Below, piece by piece: positions 15,715 through 24,997 of a stretch of DNA of 32,000 bases. Origin of the DNA: Nitrosospira multiformis ATCC 25196 (GTDB lineage Bacteria > Pseudomonadota > Gammaproteobacteria > Burkholderiales > Nitrosomonadaceae); NCBI RefSeq assembly GCF_000196355.1, contig NC_007614.1, positions 1,020,001-1,052,000 on the forward strand, written 5' to 3'. Numbering within the stretch: position 1 is the stretch's first letter; each line of letters opens with the position of its first letter. The notes under the pieces were generated by a model, which saw nothing but the letters and a program-made list of their open reading frames with translations, made no database searches and had not been told where the DNA came from. Position numbers and translations under genes: made by a program.

Positions 15715-18366
15715 TCAGGCGGCTGCCGCCTCCTTCTGGACCCAGAACAGATACATGGTATTGAACGTGTCAGGGTTCTCGGTTTCGAATATGTGCCAGC
15801 GGTCGAGATCGGTTTGAGGAACATCCTCCGGAAAGCGCCGCCGATACTGATTAACCGTGCTTTGCCCAATCGAAAATCCGAGGAATATCAAACCAAGCTC
15901 CCGAAGATCTTCCTTGATGTGGGGAAGAGTATAACGATGCTCCTGGACATGGAATAGCATGTCGCGACACTCGCTCAAAGTATAGAAATCCCGTGCGGAT
16001 AAAACCTGACGAAATGTGTCTCCATTTTCTGGCGACATCATCTCCTGGCGACACGTCCTGATGTCTTCGGCAATGGGCTTGTATCCTCTTTGAGCAATAA
16101 AACGTTGGGCAAAAGCCAGGTGCGACCGTGCGTACTCGCTATACAGGCCGATACGCATGAAGCCGCCAGGCCGGAGCAAGGAAAGCAGCTTACGCCACCC
16201 GAGGAGAGGGTCGGAAAGATGGTGTAGAACGCCAACTGCTTCGATCACGTCGAAGAGTTTGCTACCTCTCGCCGCTATGCTCTCAGAATCGAGGTTCAGG
16301 ATGTCTGCCTGCGCGTATTCGATATTCCGTACGCACAACTCATCAGTCTTCCTTTTGGCATAACAGAGCGATCTTGAACTAAGATCGACAGCAAGAACAT
16401 TCGCATTCTTGAATCGCTGCGCGGCGGCAATGGCATGCCGGCCGGTTCCGCATCCCGCGACCAGAACCTCGATCGCGTCTTTGACACTTTCATTCCGATG
16501 TCCACGACTGGCAGACGATTCAAATCGCGCATAAGGGAAGCGGCTACTCAGGTAGCGGTCCACTAATTCGCTACCGGGCCGTAACGGAACCTTGATCCAT
16601 CTCGGATAAGGATTCTCTTCATACTGATTACGCACACGGCATGAAGTATCGTCTACGATGGCTGTCAGGGAAGGAAGGTGGGACAGATTCCGCTCTTCCT
16701 TCAGCGGCTCTTGCACCTGTTGCAAGAGCAGTGCTGCTATCGGGTCAGGCCAGGAATGGTCGAGAAGTCGTTCAGCAAATGGCAACGAACGGAGCGGAAA
16801 ATAAGCAGCCGCCGCTGCAAGCGATAGCGGGTGGATGGTTCCGTTGGCTTGCAGTGCGGCGGTGACTTGTTCCTTCAACTTCAGCGCCTGCTCATATTCC
16901 TCTGCCGAATATGCGAAAACATATTCGTTGATGAAGCATTGCCGCGCCAGTGCGCACCAAAATAAATCCCCTTCCTCCTGCCACTCCCGGCCATCTCCTC
17001 GTACCTTGCCGGCCCCATTTTCTTCGGCTATGGCTATTTGCAGAAGGCAATAGCGCAGCGAGGTCAAAAACTGTTCAAGTTCAACATCGCAAACAGGAGT
17101 ATTTTCCATCAAAGCCCGCAGCAGCTCATTATTGAACACTGCAGCAAAGCCGGCTTTGCTTGATTCAGATTTATCAAAAAGCTTCTGGCACGACATCCCG
17201 CCAGCCTGCGCTGTCTTCATCCCGTCGAGATGCCCACGTATGGCACAGTCTCTCTTGATCAGCGAAACAGCGGGGTTTCCAAAATCGTCTGGCTGGCCCC
17301 ATGTTTCGGATATGGCTCGAACAAGGAGAGAATGAAGGCGAGGTATGTCATGATCGCAGTAAAAATTCGCGATGCAATCTGTAAAATTCCTCTTTATATC
17401 GGAGTCATCGCAAAGTTCAAGTGCATCCCAGTAATCGATTACGGCATTGTCAGCCTTATGCTGTTGCCACAGCACATATGCACGATTGCTATAGGCCCGC
17501 GCATATCCAGGGTTCAGCTCAATAGCCCGGCCATAAGCAACTGCTGCTTCATCCAATCTCCCCAGCTCACGCAGCGCGTTTCCCAGATTGTTGAATGCCT
17601 CCGGAAACTGCGGCTTGTACAGGATGGCCTTTCCAAAACTTGATACTGCCTCTTCAAATTTACCTTGTTCCACGAGGACATTTCCCAGATTGTTGAATGC
17701 CTCTGCAGAATCCGGCTTTAACAGGAGTGCCTTGCGGAAGCTTGATACGGCATTTTCGAGATCCCCCTGCTCTCTATGGACGATGCCGATATTACAGTGC
17801 ATCTCCGCAAGCTGAGGCTGGATGCCGAGAGCCTTTCGATAATTGATCATCGCGTCATCCAGCCTGCCTTGCTCCCTGAGGGCGTTTCCAAGATTGCCAT
17901 AGGCCTCGGCAAAACGAGGCTCAAGTTTCACGGCAGTCCGGTAAGAGGCGATTGCATCATTCAATTTTCCTTGTTGTCTGAGCGTGTTACCAAGGTTGTT
18001 ATGTGCCTCCACGTAGTTGGGCTTGAACCTCAAGGCTCTCTTGATGAGTTCGATACCGATATCGATCCTGCCTGCATCCCGAGCCAGGAGGCCCAGGAAA
18101 TGCAGTGCATCGGGATGATTCGGATCAAGCTGAAGTATGTGTTGATAAATTGCTTCCGCTTGGGACAAATTTCCCCTCTTGTGATGCTCGACAGCGGCTT
18201 GAAGGTACTGCAGGATGGATTGTCGCGGAGACGTGTCGGCGAGTGAGGCTGCCGGGTTCGCTTCCGCGTTCCTTTCGCAGCAGTGCTTGTATTTCTTTCC
18301 GCTTCCACACGGGCATGGTTCATTCCGTCCAATCTTTTTCATGCTTTCAAGTTTTAAGCCAGTCAA
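15715..18366 (-). CDS. SEC-C motif / TPR-repeat / class I SAM-dependent methyltransferase multidomain protein
   Basis: 883 aa. The N-terminus has GRNEPCPCGSGKKYKHCC, a SEC-C zinc knuckle. About eight TPR units follow, with repeated A..Y...L...P....A..NLGN. The C-terminus has VLVAGCGTGRHAIAAA...VLAVDLS...FDVIEAVGVLHHL...LRPGGFM, which are MTase motifs I, II and post-I. Confidence 0.8.
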   Translation of the reverse strand: MTGLKLESMKKIGRNEPCPCGSGKKYKHCCERNAEANPAASLADTSPRQSILQYLQAAVEHHKRGNLSQAEAIYQHILQLDPNHPDALHFLGLLARDAGRIDIGIELIKRALRFKPNYVEAHNNLGNTLRQQGKLNDAIASYRTAVKLEPRFAEAYGNLGNALREQGRLDDAMINYRKALGIQPQLAEMHCNIGIVHREQGDLENAVSSFRKALLLKPDSAEAFNNLGNVLVEQGKFEEAVSSFGKAILYKPQFPEAFNNLGNALRELGRLDEAAVAYGRAIELNPGYARAYSNRAYVLWQQHKADNAVIDYWDALELCDDSDIKRNFTDCIANFYCDHDIPRLHSLLVRAISETWGQPDDFGNPAVSLIKRDCAIRGHLDGMKTAQAGGMSCQKLFDKSESSKAGFAAVFNNELLRALMENTPVCDVELEQFLTSLRYCLLQIAIAEENGAGKVRGDGREWQEEGDLFWCALARQCFINEYVFAYSAEEYEQALKLKEQVTAALQANGTIHPLSLAAAAAYFPLRSLPFAERLLDHSWPDPIAALLLQQVQEPLKEERNLSHLPSLTAIVDDTSCRVRNQYEENPYPRWIKVPLRPGSELVDRYLSSRFPYARFESSASRGHRNESVKDAIEVLVAGCGTGRHAIAAAQRFKNANVLAVDLSSRSLCYAKRKTDELCVRNIEYAQADILNLDSESIAARGSKLFDVIEAVGVLHHLSDPLLGWRKLLSLLRPGGFMRIGLYSEYARSHLAFAQRFIAQRGYKPIAEDIRTCRQEMMSPENGDTFRQVLSARDFYTLSECRDMLFHVQEHRYTLPHIKEDLRELGLIFLGFSIGQSTVNQYRRRFPEDVPQTDLDRWHIFETENPDTFNTMYLFWVQKEAAAA

Positions 18367-18447
18367 GCTTTAGCATCCTGTCCCTGCCCCGAAGCGGCGC
18401 GAACAAGAGCAACGAAAGTTGCCTGATTTGTTGAAACAGCAGTTGGA

Positions 18448-20121
18448 TCATCTTCCATCCAGCAACCGCTCCAGTTTCTTCCAGGCATTATCGCCGCTGT
18501 CAAAGCCTTCTTTCTCGTTGACGAACTCTACGGTGTAAGCCCGCTCCTGCGGCGCCAGCACTTCCTCTTTTTCCTGTAACAGTTTCAATACGCCCAGATC
18601 AGCCTCGGAGGCATCGCTTGATTCGCTTTGCCGTTTTACGATACGGCTTTGCATTGTCTCGGAGGACGCTTTCAGCGATGCAATCACAAACGGCACCGAC
18701 AGTTCATCTGCCAGCATTCGGAAATGCTCGCGCTCTTCCCGTTTCAGAAAGGCGGCATCCACGATTACCGGAAAGCCTGCGGCCAGCAGTTCTCGGGCCA
18801 GATCATGCAGTCGCGCATACGTTCGCACCGTAGCCTCCGCATGATAAATGCCCTCCGCCTGCGAGCGGCTGTCTGCCAACGCCGCCAATCCGAATAAACG
18901 CTTGCGCTCCACGTCCGATCGTATGCGTATGGCTTGCAGCCTTTCCAGTGCTGCCTGTGCAAAAGTCGTTTTGCCCGATCCCGGCAAACCCCGGGTAATC
19001 ACCAGGGCGGGCCGCTGCCGGGCAAGGCATGCTCTGGCGAGATCAAGAAAACTGCTGCAGGATGCCAGCGCGGCTGCCTTGTCCCGTTTGGAGAGGTTAT
19101 CCTGGCCGGCGCGAACGGCGCTGACCATGGCACGCACTGCGGCGCGATAGGCGAGATAGAAACGCAGCAAGGGCAGGCCCCCATAATCACCCGTAGTTTC
19201 CAGATAGGCATTGAGGAAGCGATAGGCAAGCTCAGACTGCTGGCGATGCAGCAGGTCCATGACGGTAAAGGCGGCTTCGTTCATTACATCGATCCAGCGT
19301 AGCGAGGGACTGAACTCGATACAATCGAAGGGAACGGGTCGTCCGCGAATCAGCGCAATATTACCCAGATGCAGGTCGCCATGACATTCGCGCACAAAAC
19401 CCCCGGCAAGCCGCCGTTCCAGATGCTCCTTGCGTACGCCATACTCAGTCTCGATCGCCGCGCGCAATCCAGCCACACGGACTTCATTTTCAGTGCCAGC
19501 CAGCGCAGTTTGTAGTTGCTCGAGAGTCTGAAATACTGTCGCATGTGTCGCAGCGGCTGACCCAAGCCCGGCCCCAGGCTCGGCCGAGGGCAGAGCCTCA
19601 TGAAAATGCGCGATCGTTGCCGCCAGGCTATCCATATGCTCCGGGAGAATCCTGTCGTGCTCGGCCAGCCTGTCCAGTTGTTGGGAAGCAGGGAAGCGGC
19701 GCATTTTTACTGCATATTCGATAGCCGGTTCAGCACCGATTTCCGGCATTTCAGCCGTGCCGCCGAGGGGAATGACATCCAGATAGAGTTGGGGTGCAAG
19801 ACGCCGGTTGAGCCGCAGCTCTTCCTCACAATAATGGCGGCGTGATGACAGATCGGTAAAGTCGAGGAAACCCAGGTCGACCGGTTTCTTTATTTTGTAG
19901 GCATAGCGTCCCGCCAGCAGTACCCATGAAATGTGGGTTTCCATTATTCCTACCCGTTTTACCGGGTGGGGATAGCAGCGAGGATCCAGCAAGGCAGTGA
20001 TTAATCTGCCTTGAACATCTCCATCCGCCTGCGGGGAATCAGACGGCTTCTTCGCTTGGGTGATTGAATCTTTCATGACCATGATCGATAACCTGGCCGG
20101 CAGGTTGAGGGTAACGCCCAA
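18448..20121 (-). CDS. Bifunctional APH-like (aminoglycoside phosphotransferase fold) kinase plus P-loop (AAA_33-like) kinase protein
   Basis: 557 aa. The central HGDLHLGNIAL is the Brenner/APH catalytic loop. The C-terminal ITRGLPGSGKTTFA is a Walker A motif. The start is uncertain, with an alternative ATG at 20082 (MVMKDS...). Confidence 0.75.
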   Translation of the reverse strand: MGVTLNLPARLSIMVMKDSITQAKKPSDSPQADGDVQGRLITALLDPRCYPHPVKRVGIMETHISWVLLAGRYAYKIKKPVDLGFLDFTDLSSRRHYCEEELRLNRRLAPQLYLDVIPLGGTAEMPEIGAEPAIEYAVKMRRFPASQQLDRLAEHDRILPEHMDSLAATIAHFHEALPSAEPGAGLGSAAATHATVFQTLEQLQTALAGTENEVRVAGLRAAIETEYGVRKEHLERRLAGGFVRECHGDLHLGNIALIRGRPVPFDCIEFSPSLRWIDVMNEAAFTVMDLLHRQQSELAYRFLNAYLETTGDYGGLPLLRFYLAYRAAVRAMVSAVRAGQDNLSKRDKAAALASCSSFLDLARACLARQRPALVITRGLPGSGKTTFAQAALERLQAIRIRSDVERKRLFGLAALADSRSQAEGIYHAEATVRTYARLHDLARELLAAGFPVIVDAAFLKREEREHFRMLADELSVPFVIASLKASSETMQSRIVKRQSESSDASEADLGVLKLLQEKEEVLAPQERAYTVEFVNEKEGFDSGDNAWKKLERLLDGR

Positions 20122-20136
20122 TATTAACCAGACGCA

Positions 20137-21090
20137 TTAGCCAAACTGCTCTGCGAAGCGGGCAAGAAAGGTATCGAGCGCGCTTTCGGGCAAATTGTTG
20201 ATCCCGGCCGCCGCCTTGCGTCCTCCCCCTGTTTCAAACTTCATGCAGAGCACGTCGGCACCCTGGGGATTCGCCAACGGCGCCCGCACACTGACCTTAT
20301 AGCCACCCGCCCGGTCGATCGTAATGACTGCATGCGCGCATGCCGGATTGTCGTTCGCAAGCTTGTTGGCAAAAACACCGCTTACCCGTCTTGCCCATGC
20401 CGCATCCGGAAGGAGATAGGCAGCGTGATGCGCGTGCTGGAGCAGGGGGCGCAACGATGCCGTCATCCGGGTATCCTCCAGAAATCCCGCTGCAAGCTCC
20501 TTGAAGGCAGCCGATTCGGCGATAAAATCGAATGGATCGGGGTAGGGCGCCATTGCCTCATATAATGCAAGAGGATGAAAATGCAGGTCTTCCAGGGTCT
20601 CGCCGTAGCTGTTGTAATTAAGGCATTCCCCCAGGTGTGCGAGCTTCTCTATCTGCGGTTGGACCAGTCCATTCTGTAGCGCAAGTCTACTGGCGCTTTC
20701 GCTGATGTTATCCCCAAAGGCTGCGGCAATCCCCCAGGAACGGTATTTTCCTTCCAGATGGCGGTCGACCAGCAGGCTTGTGCATACCCCCGCAGATGTA
20801 TCGATGTGAGTGCTCAAATGGGGATGGACGGGTATCTCCCCGGCATAGTGATGGTCGAAATACTCGACAGCCACGCCGGTCTCCAGCAGTTGCACGAGGG
20901 CAGCACGGTTGCTGTTCAGGGAGATGTCGAGCACTGTCACCCGTTCGCCTGCGTGGGCCTTGACCCGCTCGAGCAGGCGGATATCGCGCTTTAATCCTGT
21001 CACTAATTCTGTCCGAACAGGATTGCTCAGCAGAAGCTGATGGACGGCACAAAGACCGTCTGCATCTCCGTTAAAAACGTGATAATTCAT
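20137..21090 (-). CDS. DHH-family phosphoesterase-like protein
   Basis: 317 aa. The N-terminal FNGDADGLCA and later VEYFDHHY match DHH motifs I-III. It ends 15 nt before the kinase ORF. Confidence 0.65.
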   Translation of the reverse strand: MNYHVFNGDADGLCAVHQLLLSNPVRTELVTGLKRDIRLLERVKAHAGERVTVLDISLNSNRAALVQLLETGVAVEYFDHHYAGEIPVHPHLSTHIDTSAGVCTSLLVDRHLEGKYRSWGIAAAFGDNISESASRLALQNGLVQPQIEKLAHLGECLNYNSYGETLEDLHFHPLALYEAMAPYPDPFDFIAESAAFKELAAGFLEDTRMTASLRPLLQHAHHAAYLLPDAAWARRVSGVFANKLANDNPACAHAVITIDRAGGYKVSVRAPLANPQGADVLCMKFETGGGRKAAAGINNLPESALDTFLARFAEQFG

Positions 21091-21257
21091 ATTGAATTTT
21101 CAGATACCCCCGCCTTATGCTGCATCAATGAACAGGCCTTCGCGCTGTACCTGTGTGGATTCCATCGTTCGTTATTTTCGATTTGGGTGGCCCGCAGGCC
21201 TCGCCTATACTCACATCATCAATAAATTTAATCAACCACCCGCACAATGAGCTCATC

Positions 21258-22049
21258 ATGAAAAAAATCCTCTCAGCCGCTGCATTGTTTTTCCTGGGTT
21301 CGCTGGCCCAGGCTGCCATACAGGGGAAGGAAGTCACCTACACCACCAATGGCACCACCCTCAAAGGTTACCTTGTATATGATGACGCAATAACACATAA
21401 CCACCCTGCGGTGCTGGTGGTGCATGAATGGTGGGGTCTCGACGATTACGCGCGGAAACGCGCAAAGATGCTGGCGGAACTGGGCTACACCGCGTTGGCA
21501 GTCGACATGTACGGCGAGGGCAGGCAGGCTCATCATCCGGATGAGGCCTCCAGATATTCGGGAGAGCTGAAGAAGAATCTGCCCTTGGCGAAAAAACGCT
21601 TTGAAGCTGCCCTGAGTTTCCTGCAGAAGCAGGAGAATGTCGATCCGAGGAACATCGCGGCGCTGGGTTATTGTTTCGGCGGCAGCGTCGCCTTGGAAAT
21701 GGCTCGCCAAGGTGAAGATTTGAAAGGTGTGGCCAGCTTTCATGGCGGTCTGGCGACCGAGCACCCGGCTCAAAGGGGCAGGGTGAAGGCGCAGATTATC
21801 TCTTTTACCGGCATGGCTGACCCCATGATACCGGCCGAGCAGGTAGCGGCATTCAAGCAGGAAATGGAGAATGCCGGCGTAAACTACAAGGCAGTTACAT
21901 TTCCGGGCGCCAAGCATAGTTTTACCAATCCCGAGGCCGATGACTACGGGCGCAAATTCAATTTACCGCTCGCTTATGACGCGCAAGCTGACAAGGCTTC
22001 TTGGAAGGAGACGGAACGCTTCCTGGCCGAGGTATTCAAGGCAAGATGA
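21258..22049 (+). CDS. Secreted dienelactone hydrolase family protein
   Basis: The signal peptide is MKKILSAAALFFLGSLAQAA. VLVVHEWWGLDDY...GYCFGG...SFHG...H shows the DLH Cys-nucleophile (GYCFGG) alpha/beta hydrolase pattern. I prefer the ATG at 21258 over the track start at 21153. Confidence 0.85.
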   Translation: MKKILSAAALFFLGSLAQAAIQGKEVTYTTNGTTLKGYLVYDDAITHNHPAVLVVHEWWGLDDYARKRAKMLAELGYTALAVDMYGEGRQAHHPDEASRYSGELKKNLPLAKKRFEAALSFLQKQENVDPRNIAALGYCFGGSVALEMARQGEDLKGVASFHGGLATEHPAQRGRVKAQIISFTGMADPMIPAEQVAAFKQEMENAGVNYKAVTFPGAKHSFTNPEADDYGRKFNLPLAYDAQADKASWKETERFLAEVFKAR

Positions 22050-22240
22050 TGATGCCCCGAAGTATACTGGTTTTTGTAGTCTCGAATGAGCGAGGGTTGG
22101 AAACGCCTGCACGACGTGCGGGACTTATGCGGCAATCAGGATATTTGCGTACTCAGGTACAGGCAGAGCAGCGTTGGCGTGTCAGGCGCTGATGAAGGAG
22201 TACAAAGGCTTTGATGCAGAACCTGCCCTGCCTCCTTCCG

Positions 22241-22291
22241 CGCGTCCCAGCGATGAACGCGGGCGCGTTCACCACTTTCTTTTTATTTTTT
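22241..22291 (+). terminator. Weak rho-independent terminator candidate
   Basis: CGCG(t)CCC-(12 nt)-GGGCGCG forms the stem, and after 9 nt comes the T-rich run CTTTCTTTTTATTTTTT. It lies about 200 bp downstream of the DLH stop. Confidence 0.3.
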
Positions 22292-22303
22292 CACTTTCCC
22301 AGT

Positions 22304-22606
22304 TCAGCTTGGGAGTTTGACGCCAAGGATATCCACATGCTCGATTTGCGGTGGCTCAGCCAGCAAATCGGCTGCATTTGCCATTAGTGCGGCAGCGATC
22401 GGGCCGGACAAATGCGCCGATCTTCCAGCCTCGTCCACAAATGCATCAAAAATACCAAAAGTCGATGGGCCGAGCCGCAGGGCAAACCAGATCGGTGTGG
22501 TGGTTTCCTGATTTGCCATTGAAAGCCCCTGCTCGAGAAAGCTTTCTACGTCAGCTTCCTTTCCCGGTTTGGCTTGTAACCGCACAAACAGCGCAACTGT
22601 TACCAT
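22304..22606 (-). CDS. ABM-domain (antibiotic biosynthesis / quinol monooxygenase-like) protein
   Basis: MVTVALFVRLQAKPGKEADVESFLEQGL...WFALRLGPSTFGIFDAF has a ferredoxin-like ABM pattern. AAGGAAA lies 7 nt upstream of the ATG at 22606. Confidence 0.7.
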   Translation of the reverse strand: MVTVALFVRLQAKPGKEADVESFLEQGLSMANQETTTPIWFALRLGPSTFGIFDAFVDEAGRSAHLSGPIAAALMANAADLLAEPPQIEHVDILGVKLPS

Positions 22607-22707
22607 CTTGATTTCCTTTCTCGTGTTGAACAATAAGGCTCAGACTTTAAATATCGGGAGGATTTCTGCCAAGTGGCGATATTGACAATTTTGATATAAT
22701 TTACGCC

Positions 22708-23715
22708 ATGCATATTCATATTCTTGCGCTCGACCAGGTTTTCGACACCGGATTATCAACGCTCCTGGACACCCTGAGTATCGCGAACGATCTCGCGGTT
22801 TCTGCCAACGCAGTGACACGATTTGACCTGACGATCGCGGGGGTGCGCCGGAATATTCGTACCAGTCAGGGATTTTCTGTACCGGTAGTGCCAGCGGCGC
22901 GATGCAGCCCGCCGGATGTGGTATTGATTCCGGCGCTTGGGGCAAAAATGCCGGAAACGCTGCGGTTGGCGCTTGAGCGGCCGGATGTGTGCGAGGCGGG
23001 CGACCTTTTGCGGCAGTGGTCCAAAGAGGACGTTCTTATCGGCGCCGCCTGCACTGGAACCTTCGTTCTCGCCGATACTTTGCTTCTCAATGACCGGAGC
23101 GCTACCACATCATGGTGGCTTAGCCCCTTGTTTCGGGAACGTTATCCCCGCGTGCGCCTGGAGGAATCGCGCATGGTGGTAAGCTCGCCCGGGTTGGTTA
23201 CTGCGGGTGCTGCACTGGCACATATCGATCTGGCGCTTTGGCTCATACGCCAAAGCAGTCCCACGCTCGCAGAAATGACAGCGCGTTATCTGCTGATAGA
23301 ACCACGAGCGTCACAGGCAGTTTTTGCAATTCCTGATCACCTTGCACATGCCGATCCACTGGTTCAGCAATTCGAACGCTGGGCTCGCCACAGGCTGGGT
23401 GAACGTTTCTCCCTGAGCGAAGCAGCCAGTGCGACAGGCACAAGCGAGAGAACGCTTTCGCGGCGGCTAAAGGCTGTTCTGGGAAAATCCCCGCTTTCTT
23501 ATTTTCAGGATCTTCGTATTGAGCGCGCTGTATATCTCCTGGGGACGAGCAACGATAATGTAGACGCGATTGCTGCCCAGGTGGGTTATGCGGATGGTAC
23601 AACCTTGCGCACCCTTCTTCGCCGCAGGGTCGGTCGAACGGTGAGCGAGCTTCGAGCCAGAACCCGGGAGATTTCCAGTTCGTTCAACGACTCTCAAGCA
23701 CAGGATATCGAGTGA
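22708..23715 (+). CDS. GlxA-family transcriptional regulator (DJ-1/PfpI-like N-domain plus AraC HTH)
   Basis: 335 aa. The N-terminus is MHIHILALDQVFDTGLS...GAACTGTFVLA. The C-terminus, LSEAASATGTSERTLSRRLKAVLGKSPLSYFQDLRIERAVYLL...IAAQVGYADGTTLRTLLRR, is a double AraC HTH. It is divergent from the ABM gene. Confidence 0.85.
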   Translation: MHIHILALDQVFDTGLSTLLDTLSIANDLAVSANAVTRFDLTIAGVRRNIRTSQGFSVPVVPAARCSPPDVVLIPALGAKMPETLRLALERPDVCEAGDLLRQWSKEDVLIGAACTGTFVLADTLLLNDRSATTSWWLSPLFRERYPRVRLEESRMVVSSPGLVTAGAALAHIDLALWLIRQSSPTLAEMTARYLLIEPRASQAVFAIPDHLAHADPLVQQFERWARHRLGERFSLSEAASATGTSERTLSRRLKAVLGKSPLSYFQDLRIERAVYLLGTSNDNVDAIAAQVGYADGTTLRTLLRRRVGRTVSELRARTREISSSFNDSQAQDIE

Positions 23716-23911
23716 CAAAAAGTATCGCGAAAATAAGCTGCGCCACGTTCACAGACTGACTGCCTGCGCCCGTCATTTGTAGTTCATCCGGGCGTATTGA
23801 AAATTCCTGCTTCGATTACTTTGGGCTATAAAAGATTTAAATTGCCAAGTTTGCATATATTAGACGCCAGATGGCTTGCTTTCTTCTCGATATCGCTTTA
23901 TCATCATCTTT

Positions 23912-24370
23912 ATGACTTCTTTTATCTCACCAGCGGCCCGGAAGCCGTTTTCCGCCTCGAACATTCTAGGCGGCAAGCAGATACTCCACACCGATCCACG
24001 TTCGGCAGTCGAGTGGATAGAACTCGTGCGCAGAGGCATTCCCGCCCCGGCGATCGACGCAGTCCTGGGGCTCGTTGACCTGCGGCAGGGTGAACTCTCC
24101 CGCGCGCTGGATATTCCGGAGCGCACGCTGGTGCGACGAAAAAAGGAAGGAGTGCTCAACTGCGAGGAATCCGGCAAATTGCTGCGCCTGGCGCGGGTTG
24201 TTGAACGTGCCGGCGAGGTGTTTGAGGACGGATCCCTGGCGCTGGACTGGATCAAGTCACCCAACGCCAGCCTGGGCGGCGCCACCCCCCTGTCCATGCT
24301 GGATACTGATCTTGGCGCCGATTCAGTGATGACTATTCTTGGTCGGATCGAGCACGGTATTTTCACTTGA
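23912..24370 (+). CDS. Xre/ParS/MbcA-type antitoxin (DUF2384 toxin-binding domain)
   Basis: ...LSRALDIPERTLVRRKKEG.LN.EESGKLLRLARVVERAGEVFED...ALDWIKSPNASLGGATPLSMLDTDLGADSVMTILGRIEHGIF is the canonical DUF2384 C-terminus. Its stop overlaps the start of the RES gene (TTGA). I prefer the ATG at 23912. Confidence 0.85.
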   Translation: MTSFISPAARKPFSASNILGGKQILHTDPRSAVEWIELVRRGIPAPAIDAVLGLVDLRQGELSRALDIPERTLVRRKKEGVLNCEESGKLLRLARVVERAGEVFEDGSLALDWIKSPNASLGGATPLSMLDTDLGADSVMTILGRIEHGIFT

Positions 24371-24846
24371 AGTTGACGGTGTGGCGTATCGTCACACACC
24401 GCTTCGCCGCTTCTGCATTTTCCGGCGAGGGTGCGCGGCTGTTCGGCGGCCGCTGGAATCTCAAGGGCGAGCCGGTAGTGTACACGGCGCAGAGCAGGTC
24501 ACTCGCCTTTCTCGAAATGCTCGTCCAGGACGAGCCGCTGCGCGCCAATTATCTCCTGATCCCCGCGGAAATTCCTGGCGATATCCCCAGACTGGAAATC
24601 GATGCCGGACAGCTCCCGGAGAACTGGCGAACTCTCGAGAGCCGTAAAAACCTCGAGGAAATCGGCAGCCGGTGGCTGCGTGATGCCAGATACTGCGTAA
24701 TGGATGTTCCCAGCGTTGTAATTCCCGCTGAGCGAAACCTGCTGCTCAACCCGGCACACCCCGATTTTCGCAGAATCCGGATAGGTCAACCGGAAAACCT
24801 CAAGAGCGATCTGCGGCTACTGCGGAATCTATCCGCAGCAAAGTGA
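24367..24846 (+). CDS. RES-domain toxin (NAD+-targeting ParT/MbcT-like)
   Basis: VWRIV...FSGEGARLFGGRWNLKGEPVVYTAQSRSLAFLEMLV supplies the R...E...S residues of the RES domain. The start is a TTG overlapping the antitoxin stop. Confidence 0.85.
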   Translation: MKLTVWRIVTHRFAASAFSGEGARLFGGRWNLKGEPVVYTAQSRSLAFLEMLVQDEPLRANYLLIPAEIPGDIPRLEIDAGQLPENWRTLESRKNLEEIGSRWLRDARYCVMDVPSVVIPAERNLLLNPAHPDFRRIRIGQPENLKSDLRLLRNLSAAK

Positions 24847-24997
24847 ACAAGGGATATTGCTCGCTGCGGGGTCGATGCAGGAATAGCCGGTTCATCCACT
24901 TCCAGGAACAACTCTACGTGGTCATCCAGGATCGCGCTCGGGGGAAGAGGAATGGTGTAGGTTGCAGTCGCTGCTTCATGTAGTGTTCCTGACGCTC

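Noticed and set aside
15418-15957. 179-aa plus-strand ORF
   Set aside because: Its 3' half is antisense to the methyltransferase C-terminus. It has no SD and no motifs, and the remaining part lies in an intergenic region.
21273-21917. 214-aa minus-strand ORF
   Set aside because: It is fully antisense to the dienelactone hydrolase gene, which has a signal peptide and the catalytic GYCFGG motif.
23860-24399. 179-aa minus-strand ORF
   Set aside because: It is antisense to the DUF2384 antitoxin. It is Arg/Ser/Pro-rich and has no family resemblance.
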